Origin: Octopus bimaculoides
Lineage: Eukaryota
Direction: 5' to 3'
NCBI RefSeq assembly: GCF_001194135.2
Contig: NC_068988.1
Location: forward strand, 51,437,773 to 51,501,772
DNA: 64,000 bases
Of this stretch, positions 23,931 to 35,639 are shown piece by piece. Every line of letters starts with the position of its first letter. The stretch's first letter is position 1. The notes beneath the pieces were generated by a model. It was not told where the DNA came from. It saw only the letters and a program-made list of their open reading frames with translations, and ran no database searches. The position numbers and the translations under genes were made by a program.

Positions 23931-26900
23931 TGCAGGAGATGAAAAGACACACAAGAGTCACTATAAGCTTACAGTTCTTTTCATTTCAGAGGCAGCTGAC
24001 CACTCCTAAGTTCAGATCTAAACTGTTTATTAAGTATGATTTATTTTAGATATCAAGATTTATTTTAGATAAGTATAAATAAACTATCATTATTTAAATT
24101 TGCTCCTCTGGCATAGAAAACAGAAATTAATGTGTTTTGAAATCTAACATTTTACTAGCAACAGTTGCCAGTCATCCAGCTTGGGTGTATTTGAATAGCA
24201 GACTAGCTCTTCTGGAACTTAATTTTATGCCTACTTCATCACCTCACTTCATTTCTCTCTTTCTATTGGGACGGTCATGTTACTTCTATATTTACAGTTC
24301 ACATGACTATAAGTCGGATCAGAGAAATGCATCAGAACTCTCTGGGGGAAAATTACCTGCTATACATAAGTAAAAAAAAAACAGAAGCTGAGGAACCTAA
24401 AGGTGTTGGTGTTAGCAAAACTCATACTGGGAAGTCTGAGTTTAGATAAGTTTCTATGACACAGGGTGCTGATGAATCTAACATTTCAGGACTCCCTTTT
24501 TATTTGAGAGAGGGAGAAATAATCATTTAAAAATTAAGTTTTGTTTTAGGTTGTTTTTTTTTTTTCATTTATCAATCAATCGAAAAACTGTTTTTCTTTC
24601 TTTCTTAGATTAAGGTACAGTCTCAGAACCTCAAATTTCTCTTTTCCTCTGCTTCATACAAAGTTATCCAAATTCACAAACTTTGATTTGATGTAGAAGC
24701 TCCAGAAGGAGCTTCTGTGGATGTTTGTGATTTACAGGAAACACACACACTCACACAAAAACAAAATTTACCTTTTCATTTTGACTAGAGCAAAATTACA
24801 AAACTTTGTAGTTTTAACAAAATTCAGCTTACTTTCACTTTATAACACTGCTAATCGATTGATTTTTCTCTTTTAAGCTACCTTCAGCTGATTGATTCTT
24901 GTATATTGATTGCTGTATGAAACTAGATAATAAAATGGTAGTAACAAGACAGAGTGGATTCACAGAAAACAAAGATTATTCTAATTAAATTTCTTTTCTT
25001 TTGATGACGTTCACTTAATCTGATTATGTTGCTTGGCTACTTCATCTTAATTTTTTTGATTTATTTATTGTGGTAATTAAGTGCAACTTCCTTAGGATAC
25101 ATTCAATTTTCAGTTTAATAAGATAGTCCATTTTCCAGTTGGTCTCAGTCAGCTAAATACAGCACCTTCTGATTTAATATGGTCATTTAATAAAGCAATA
25201 AAGCAGTAACCTCTTTGAAACGATATGGGAGGCTGATGATGCTGTTGTTGTTTTATTTTGCAGTCTTTAGTCATGTTAAACAGATAAATTTTTGTTTGGT
25301 TTTGTTTATTATGTCTGTTTGCAATCTTAAACACCTCCCTTGTTTCTGTCATACAATGCTGAGGATGAAGACAAAATAGAATCTCAGCGTAGCTGTTTGT
25401 GGTTGTTTTAAACATGTTTTTCTTTTAATTTCTTAATTTTTATCCGTTATCTCTTGCACTTTAATCCCNNNNNNNNNNNNNNNNNNNNNNNNNNNNNNNN
25501 NNNNNNNNNNNNNNNNNNNNNNNNNNNNNNNNNNNNNNNNNNNNNNNNNNNNNNNNNNNNNNNNNNNNNNNNNNNNNNNNNNNNNNNNNNNNNNNNNNNN
25601 NNNNNNNNNNNNNNNNNNNNNNNNNNNNNNNNNNNNNNNNNNNNNNNNNNNNNNNNNNNNNNNNNNNNNNNNNNNNNNNNNNNNNNNNNNNCCCTATTAT
25701 GCTGTTGTGAACACTGTTAATTTATTTTTTCTGTAAAATAAATAAAATAAATTTGCATTTTTTTGTTTGAAGTATAATTTTTTTTTATTTTTAATCTATT
25801 CAAATAAAAGATTCTGGTAAAATGTCTTACACACGAAACAACTTGCTGAAAGCTCTATTTTCAGCCAGTTTAAATAATTTTGAAAAAAAAATCAAAATTA
25901 ACCACTCATTTGTTTTTAAATTTCATATTTCATTTCATAAACCTTTCTTTTACTCAGGGGATCTGTCTTTTGACTTGGAGCACATTTTGTCTTTGTTTGC
26001 TTCCCAATTACCATTCTGCTAGTGCTTTGTTCCTTTCCCCTTAGTAATTTTTTTGTTTCTTTATATCAAGTAAAGATTTTATATTCTTGTCCTCTTCAAC
26101 CCAACTGTCTAACTGGTACATATTAGTCATAATAAGTAGATTAAAATCTAAATTATAGCAAGATGAATTTGATGTTATGAAAAACTTCTCTTTTTTTTTC
26201 ATCTAATCAATGATATTTTTTTGCATCATTCTGGTTCTTAACCTTATTCTAAATTGTAATAAATGTTTTTGTCTGTGTGTGTGTTTAAGATTTGCTTAAG
26301 ATTTATGAATAATACATAAATCCTGTAATGAAATTGCTTTCTCAGTTCAGACATTATTGTGTGTGTGTGTGATAGTTGAGATATATGTATATATCTATTG
26401 TTGTTATGAAGAAAAAACCTCCCCCTTCCTAAACTGTAAAACAAAATGGAAATACATTTCCAACTTATTCTTCATCTTTTATCTTCCTGTTTCATCATCT
26501 TGTTATCATTTCCTGCTGTATCAATATGGTAAAGTTCTGAGGAGATGATTAGATTTTCCAATAAATTTAGATGTTTCTTCTGATACTCTGTCTGTGTGTG
26601 GGTGTCCCTCCTTTTGAGAAGTTTCAAGTATTCCTTCCATTTTTGAAAGTTCATGTTTAAAATAAAGGGAGAGATTTAATCTAATTTAAATTAAGCACTT
26701 CTGATTTTATATATTTCTAGGTAATATCATTTATGAGAAACTCCCTGTTTTAGGATTATATGTCTCCTTATGTAATACTTGCCTTCCAAATAGAACTTTA
26801 TTTAGATGGCAATTTATTTTGATGTTTGTGAGTCATTTATAATTCACTACACAATGATTGCTTCCCTCATATACCTGTCAACGGAGCTTCTAATTGGTCT

Positions 26901-28032
26901 TTGTCTGAGTATAAGAATTTAATTGTTTTTGATATCCATAGCACCAACAGCCATTTAATTATTCTTTACCTTCAGTGTAATAACCCTTATTACAATTTAC
27001 GTTAGCAAGTTGGCACAAATTATCTTCTCCAATTATATATATATTAACATAAAGCTAAAGTTTTACATATTTTTTCCTTAAACTTACTCTTGATTTGATT
27101 GCTGTTTCAGATATTTAATATTTTCTTTGTTATAAGATATATAATTCCTTTTATTATAAATTTTATTTTTATATATACTTCATAATAACCCCCCTCACCT
27201 TCATTTTCCTCCTCTTTTCTGTTAGTAACCTAGGATTTTCCCCCTTTCAGAATATATTATCTATTTTTGAAAATGCATGCAAATTATTTTTGTACTGACA
27301 GCATATCTTATTAGCAGGCAACTTAACCCCTCATGAACTTACTGGGCTAATAGCTATGCATTGAGAACCTTAAATATTTTTATTTCTAATGAGAACATAA
27401 AAAAAATTGTGTGTGTATGCTCATGCAAATCATTACAAGTACCCATGGCTGAACAGTTAAGAAATTTACTTTGCAATTAGGAATTCCCAGGTTTGATCTC
27501 AGTGTGTGGTGCCTCTTACAATATATGGTCTTTGGTTAATCTAAGCCTTGTTATTAAAAGTGTGTAGAAAGAAACTTTGTGGAACCTCATTGGATAGACT
27601 ATACCTGTAATTCAGAAGTTGGCCTTATCATAGACTGTCACACTCGGATAATGTGTATGGGATACTCAGCCACTTACAGTATGGTTCAATGAGAGGTTAA
27701 TCCATTGAGTCAAACAATCTGACTACTTTGTCATTTAAAATCAATGCAAGATCCACGCACTTCTGTTGGAAATAGAAGGTTCTTCAACTCCAGCAAAATG
27801 CAGGTTTATATACTAGTTTCAAATTTTGGCACAAGACCAGCAATTTCAGGGAAAAGGGTAAGTTGATTACATTGATCCCCAGTATTCAACTGGTTCTTAT
27901 TTTATTGATCCCGAAAGAGCGAAAGGCAAAGTTGACCCTGGCAGCATTTGAACTCAGAGCATAAAGACTGGCAAAATGCCACTAAGCAGTAACAATTCTG
28001 CCAGTTTGCCACCTTAAAGCACACTTATATAT

Positions 28033-28420
28033 ATTGAAGCTGTAAGGAATGTGATTTCTCATGGAAATGAGATGTGGCCATTGAATGTTGAAAATCTGAA
28101 ATAGTTGCAAAAAATTGAACTAGTGCAATCCTGTGGCTATACAATTCTAATTTGAGAGCAGAGAAAAGTAAAGAAGTACCACCAGGTGTATGGTAAAGGT
28201 TTGTACAGGAAAATGAGTGATATGTGTTTGTTGAAAGAACAGTATTGTGAATTGATAGTAGGTATTCATCATAAAAACTGTTTAAAGGCTGCTTAAGAAG
28301 AGATCTGAGAGCAATGTGGATTGCAGAAGAGATTTTATAGAATGAAGATATGTCAAAAAAGATGCTGTGTTGCAGACATGTCCAACCCATGACAGCATGA
28401 GACAGATGGGAGGTAATAAA
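28033..28420 (+). pseudogene. Decayed 3' end of an RTE-clade LINE
   Basis: IEAVRNVISHGNEMWPLNVENLK*LQKIE resembles the post-RT motif VRSVMLHGSETW..xxEDLKRLER. Ends in tccaacccatgacagcatg (28381-28399) followed by an A-rich tail. Confidence 0.7.
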
Positions 28421-29859
28421 AAAAATACTGTATGTCCTGTTGATAAAACCTCTTTTCTTCAGTTTCACTGTTCTGGTCATACTCATGGTATAGATTTTAC
28501 CAATGATGCATTTGTAGTCATTTGTTAGATTGCATATCTTCATTCTTTTCCTTTCTGAGATTGCTTAAGTATAATTCTTACAGGGTTTGCTCTAAAAACT
28601 GTAACCTACCAAACATCTTATGTATGTGAGTGAGAGAGAGAGAGAGAGAGAGAATTAGCCTGATAGTGTCAAGCCACATTTTAAATTTTTCAGCAGATAT
28701 AGAATATCACAGAACTTGGTTCTTATGCTTCTAAGTGTATGAAGTATATTGACAGATTATGAAACTCTTAATAGTTTTTGAATTTAGAGGAATTTTTTAA
28801 AACTATTTTTAAAGACAACCGTAAGTCCTTTTTAAAGAGGTGTATCTCTCCTCTTTCTAAAGACCAAGGAAAGAGGACAAAAAAAGATTAAATTTTTTTT
28901 TATTGAGAATAGCTCATTGTGCTAAAAATGAGGCAAGAGACTAGCAAAGATAATTGAGCATAACATTTAAGTGCTCATTGTTTATAATTATTGTTGTTGC
29001 TGAGGGCTGTTTCCAGGAAAAGGGGTGAAAGCAAAGATTTGTGGAATGAGGAATGACTTCAAGCATAAAGAATGGTGTTAATGAATGGGTAATTACCATA
29101 TAAGGGAAGGGATTGAGAGGTGTTTGTTAGATTTTTGTTGTTTTTGTTTTGTTTTGTTTTTATCCCTAGTTTGGCTTGAAGGGATAGTTTTGTGTTGCTC
29201 TTGTAATCCAATCAGCAAGTTCATGTTTCCCAAAGCTAAATGTCTTTCGGAAGAAAAAAAAAAATCCTCATTGTACACGGTTACCATTTAAATGGTGCAT
29301 TTGCTCTTCTTAAGCTTTCAATTGGTCACTACTTCACAGGTTTGCAAAAATCAAAGGCAAAAAAATAAATAAAATAAAATAAAAATCAATGAGGGAATCA
29401 AGCACATATTGAAAGAAAGGTTGTGTCATGAGGTGTTGGCATAAGTTTCTAAGATAAAAGAAATAGTGAAACACTAATAGATTATATGCATCCCTTCCCT
29501 ATGAAGGCTTGGTATAGATGGTCTTAGTTGACCAATACTCTTTATTTCATGTATGATGGGTTCCCTCCACCCCACTGTTATAACTATATACTGCTTTAGG
29601 AGATGAAGTTTTTGTTTACTGAGTTACATAAGTCAAGTTACATTTGTGTCTCTGTGTGTGTATTTACATGCATGCATGTGATGATGTGTAAATATGCACA
29701 GTTTTTCCAAATTTTAAGTATTATTAGTGATAAGATTTTGTAGTGAATATTTATTCCACTACAGATCAGTTGTTTGCATTTAGTATGCCTCCTCCACCCT
29801 GTCAACCATGATTGAGCACACCTATTGATTGAAATGATTTTAGCCAAAACTAGCCTTTT

Positions 29860-29895
<36 letters not shown>

Positions 29896-31077
29896 TGGCA
29901 GAGGGTTAGACATATCTTAGACTACACTATTCAATGAGTCTTCTTTTAAGACAAGAGGGTAATTAGTTAAGAGGGATTTGGCTATTGTTTTTTTGCAAGT
30001 TAAGTGACTATGTACAGGCTGATTGGTTCAACTAACAGCGTAGTGACTGACCAAACAATAATTTCTGTTCAATAGTTCAAAATCTAGTGGACATGTGTGG
30101 CTCTGTGGTTAAGATGCTTGCTTCCCAATGATGTGATCTTACATTCATTCCAGTGCATGGTGCCTTGGGCATTTGTCTTCTACTTTAACCCCAGTTCAAC
30201 CAAAGCTTTGTGGGTGGATTTGACAGAAACTGTATGTACCCTAATCTTAAAATCACATGGTGATTGTAAATGAGCATCATCATTCTACAAGTAAGATTGT
30301 TCATTTCCTGTCATCCATGAAAATGTGTATCAAACAGATGACTGGAAGGGTATCCAGCCACAGAAAATCTGGCTCAATAAATTGCCTGACCCATGCAAGC
30401 ATGGAAAAGTGGACATATTTGATGATGATTATAATGATGATAATAAATTTAATATTGTAGAAATGAAGTTTTGCTAACTTTACACAAGGAACATTGTTTC
30501 AGTGTAACCCTCAGTATCTTAGTAATTATTTAAATAGCATTTCAGTAATGAACTGCCAAGTCCCCAATTTGTTTTGAACACATTAGGATAAAGAACTAAA
30601 TAAAATAAAGGAATCCAGCAATTATTTATTTTTCTTCAAATGAACAAATATATATATATCATCATCATCATCATCATCATTTGATGTCCGTTGTCCATGC
30701 TGGCATGGATTGGACGGTTTGACTAGGGCTGGTAAGCTGAGGGGCTGCACCAGACTCCAGTCTGATTTAGTATGGTTTCTACGGCTGGATGCCCTTCCTA
30801 ATACCAACCACTCCAAAAGTGTAATGGGTGCTTTTACATACCACCAGCACAGGTGCCAGTTGCGTGACATCAGTATCTGCCACGACTACGACTTCACTTG
30901 ATTTGCTGGGTATTCTTTTCAAGCACGACATAATGCCAAAGGTCTTGGTTGTTTGTCATTGCCTTCATGAGGCCCAACACTCGACAAGTGCTTTCTATAT
31001 ACCATGGCATGGGCACCAGTTACCTCCATGAGGCCCAGCTCACAGATATACATACACATCTATATACNNNNNNNNNN

Positions 31078-31120
<43 letters not shown>

Positions 31121-31485
31121 CACAGACCTATACATACATATATGCATTGGCTTCCACACCTTTTTCTATCTACCAAATTTACTCACAATGCATTAGTCAG
31201 CTTAGGGCTGCTGTGCAATGGGACTGAACCCAAAACCACAAGATTACAAAATGAGCTTCTTAACCACACAGACATGCCTGTGCTCACAGTGAAAACTATT
31301 TCTTCAAATGTATGAAATATTTGCTTTTACTTCAGCTGAAATATGAGTATAAAGTCATGGTTAGGTTTCTTTTTGTTTATAAGTAATCATTTTCCCTATG
31401 GTACTGTCATCATTTTGAGAGTTAAACAATCTTCAGCTTCCTATTGAAATCTATATTCAACTCAGACCTGTGTACATAACTTTTT

Positions 31486-31529
<44 letters not shown>

Positions 31530-32103
31530 TTTATACAGAATTGACTATGACTAACTCCTACAATTGTCTTTACGTATTTTTCTGGATGGTGGTGGTATTA
31601 TTTTTATTCAGTTCCAGATCAATCAACCCTGATTGAGCAGACCTACTTCCAATCAAAATATTTTCAACTATGGCTGCCCTATTTTAGTGACATATATAAG
31701 ACTACATGATTTAATGTTCTTTCCTTATTTAAACCACCCATATCCAGCCATATTATGTTCAAAATGGACAGATCTGGCCTCTCCCATTTACCCTACAATG
31801 TCATTCTAAAAATATACAGTTACATAATCAAAATCTCAAGATAATGTGTTATTAATTCAAGACAATGTTAGAAATGACCATTACATTTCACAGAGTAATC
31901 TGAATGCTAGAAGGTTAAGATGATGAGGTATGAGAGAGATTTGGCTGCTATTTCTAGAAAGCTGTGCAATGACAGGGGTTCCTCTTGGTTATTCTATCCA
32001 CATGTAGTGTGAATGAGTTTTGATTGAGGTATTATTTTTCAGAAGAGTAATAATCTTTTCTCTCTTTACAGTTAATACAAATACTTTTGTTTTAATTTCA
32101 CAG

Positions 32104-32230
32104 AACAGAGGAGACGTAATATCTTGGATGGTCAAACACCATGTTGTCCAGTCTGTGGTTTAACACTGCGAGCGGGAGAATTCGAAGCTCATCTAGCACT
32201 TGAGATAGATAAAATTGAAAAGCTTAGCAG
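32104..32230 (+). CDS. RNF220: Internal coding exon of RNF220-like E3 ubiquitin ligase (CPxC...H zinc-finger-like segment)
   Basis: Acceptor tacttttgttttaatttcacag and donor CAG|gtaagc. 127 nt, phase 1 to phase 2. Translates (x)QRRRNILDGQTPCCPVCGLTLRAGEFEAHLALEIDKIEKLS(R), which resembles the RNF220 motif CPICxxxLRxxELxxHxxxExExL as I recall it. No search was run. Confidence 0.88.
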
Positions 32231-32284
32231 GTAAGCATTAATTTAAGTACTGTGATTTAATTTATTGATTATTGTTGTTATTGT

Positions 32285-32480
32285 GATGGTGGTGATTGAG
32301 CCATAGGTCAGCTCTGCATCAGTAGACATATAATCATTCATATATAAATAGTGATCATCTTTTTTTTTTTTTCTCTCAGGCAGTGTGCATCTAGGACTAC
32401 ATCATTCTATGTGTCTTCCCCCTTTTGAGACAATAATCTGAAAAATTTGGTTGCTATTTCTAGTAGGTTGAGCAATGTAG
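32285..32480 (+). repeat. Abundant short interspersed repeat (gactacat...gatttggctgctatttctag)
   Basis: Homologous motifs at about 1815-1890(-), 11755-11950, 20870-21060, 22200-22270(-), 29900-30030, 31925-31990, 38380-38560(-), 47510-47545(-) and 60940-61130. Class not determined. Confidence 0.55.
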
Positions 32481-32494
32481 AAAAAAAAAATTAA

Positions 32495-32538
<44 letters not shown>

Positions 32539-34305
32539 TGATCTGATCTCGTAATGTTTGAATCCTTCTCCTTCCTTACATTTTTGCATCTGGGATGATG
32601 CAGTCATTTGATCTTTAGTACCTGTATCCAGTAGACTATACACTTCATTGAAGACTCCTATAGAACAGGGTGTTTTGACCACTGATATAATGACCTCTTG
32701 CTCCTCTGAACTTGCCAGTTCGGTCCATTTTCACACTTTTGACTATATGTCCCTTATCCACCAAAGCCTTGCATTATATACCAAAATCCTTAACCATACA
32801 TTTATAAGCTGGTATCTTAAATGTGTCTCTACTCATTACAAGCCAAGCTGCAAGCATTTCATCCACTCTTAGCTGTTCACTTGCCTATGGCTAAATATTA
32901 TTGTATTGGCAAATTCTTTCTGAAACTTAGAATAATTGATGGCATTGTTCAACTTTTGAATAAGTGTGAGGATTCATTGGCAGGGTGTGTTAATGTAAAT
33001 TGGCAATACATGAATAGAAAATGAAATTTGGAAGTGATGTAATAGTAAATATCAATTGAAATTTGTTTTGTTCATTGATTCACTTTTTTTTTTTTTTTAT
33101 AAAAAAAAATTCGTTGTTGGAAAAATAGTTTTGAGACATTCAAGTTACTATGAGGTCTGCTCTCCCTTCCTCTCTCTTTTTTCTCACTCTTTTTATTTTT
33201 TTGTTTTGTTGTTTTTCTTTTCTTTTATTTTTTTTTCCAGTCAATTTCCTTGGTCACTCCTTTGATTGATTCCTTTCTACAGTCTGTTTTTATCTATTCT
33301 AATTGAGCTTGAATCACAAATGATTTGAAATTAGTTTAGCAATTCCCACTCTTTAGTCTACCAATTACAGCTGGCAAAAATGGGCCTTTCTTTTCGGATG
33401 CCCTTCTTCTCCCCTCCCTCCTCACACTCTCATCGCCCAATAATTGTTTGTCATCTTTTGAGGCTTGATTCTATCAAACTGCAAATCATGCCTTACCACC
33501 CTTCACACTCCTCCATATTTTGTTTATCGAAGACCGTTTTGTTGTTGTTATTGTTGTCTATTATGTGTATTCCTGTTTGTACTACAATTTTCCCTATCCT
33601 TATATCTATTGGAAATTATTGTAGTTGTTGTTCTTCTTCTTCCTCTTCTAACACACCACCACCACCACCATCATTTTGAATTTCCCATCCCTTCACTGTT
33701 TTATATCTAATAAGTAAGTACTCCCTTTCATATGAATGAATGGCCCTCAACTCTTACTGCTGCTGCTGCTATTCAGGCTGCTTTCATTTCGTTGTCTTTA
33801 ACTTCTATATAGAATTTTTCTTTCTACCATTTGTATATGCCATAAACATTAATATTTCTATTTATGATTTAGAAATTTTGCAGAAAGAAAAAATAAAAAG
33901 AAAAAAACATAATTTAATTTATTGGATCAGTGCTTTCGTATAACTACTTGACCTTCCACCTTTTTATTCTTACAGATGTATAGATGTGTGTGTGTGTGTG
34001 TGTGTGGACATATGCACATACATAGCATGCAAGGCTTCAGTTAACAGGCTAGTGAGTGGGCACAAACCCACTTGATGTCTATATTTTGTTATTAACTCAA
34101 ATATATATTGTGGATGAGATATTGTCTAGGAACTGAAACAACTCTCATAAAATGATTTCCCATTCAAAGTCAATATGTTGATATCTTTTGGTCTTCATTT
34201 TTCTATATCAATGTATATATTCTTTCTTATTTTCTATGTAACCAGGCAATATCTAATCAAAGCTAATAACAGATCAGCAAGCATATGTTTTCTCCTTTTT
34301 TTTTA

Positions 34306-34353
<48 letters not shown>

Positions 34354-34368
34354 TACTACTACTACTAC
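34306..34368. repeat. (TAT)n(TAC)n microsatellite
   Basis: Directly visible. Confidence 0.95.
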
Positions 34369-34461
34369 TTTTAGATGTTTGATTTTTGTGGGGGGTTTTT
34401 TCCTCTTTCCTAAATTATGTGTGCATATATATATATATATATACATATATGCACACACTCA

Positions 34462-34500
<39 letters not shown>

Positions 34501-35003
34501 CATAAACATATGCACATACACATTATATATATATATATACATGCACACACGAACATAACATAAACACATAGACATGCACACACATACACACACACACATA
34601 CCGCGTATGTATACATACATACATACTCATATATGTATACACACACACACAAGTTACATACATACATATATATATATATATATAATGTTCCCAGTTGTAG
34701 TCTTTTGATGATTTTATTTGAAGCTGCAATTCTATGCTTTGTTGGATGAGATAGCGTGTGTACTACATCGCTATAAACATTCCACTTTATCGATTTCTTT
34801 GTCTGATAAAATTAACTTAGAATTCACTTTGTTATTGCAAATAAAGAACAGTTTTCATTTATTTTGCATTATAAGATGGCAGTAACACAGAGCTGACAAT
34901 ATAAGACATAAACAAAAACGGTGTTGAGCTTGTGCTTAAATAGTCACTAGATTGTCTCAATTTTCAGTCAAAATACATTCATCTAAGGAATGTAAGACAT
35001 TTG

Positions 35004-35049
<46 letters not shown>

Positions 35050-35550
35050 GAATTTACTTTTGTTTCATATATGTATGTATATAATGGCTTTACTTTTATT
35101 TCATTGTTTATAACTTTTTGGGTTTTACTTTTTTTTTTTTTTTCTTTGAGCTTTTCTTTTTCTTTCCTTTCTGTTCCTGATTTTCATTGTTATCTTCAAG
35201 AAGTGTAAATAAAAATTAAATGAAAACAAAATGGAAAAAGAAAAACAAACATAGCTAAATCTGTTTTTATTGTAACATTTATTTGACCCTCATTTATTCT
35301 ATTTAACCCTTAGGCTACTATTGAGAAAATCTATCAAGATGATGGCATTTCACTCTGTCACACACACACTGCATCTATTATATCTCCAGTCTTAATGGCT
35401 TGCTTTCTGAATAGATTTACTTTCACACCAACTGGCTTTCTACACAAACAAATACTGTGTATTTAAATATCAATTGTAGTTTGCCCCCACTGTTACTTGT
35501 TAATATTTCATATATTCCACCCAACCCTTGTCTCTAATTGCTCTAATTTT

Positions 35551-35552
<2 letters not shown>

Positions 35553-35638
<86 letters not shown>
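35553..35638. repeat. (CT)n microsatellite
   Basis: About 43 uninterrupted units. A similar tract at 22022-22110 is broken by a gap. Confidence 0.95.

Positions 35639-35639
<1 letters not shown>

Noticed and set aside
27529-27550. tctttggttaatctaagcc resembling miR-9
   Set aside because: It diverges after about 10 nt, has no precursor hairpin and lies within a SINE body.
28025-28543. 172-aa minus-strand ORF
   Set aside because: It is the antisense shadow of the plus-strand RTE LINE relic and has no recognisable protein features.
32560-32900. LLDTG aspartyl-protease-like motif in a minus-strand ORF
   Set aside because: It is an isolated 5-residue match with no surrounding protease or Gag/RT context that I could recognise.
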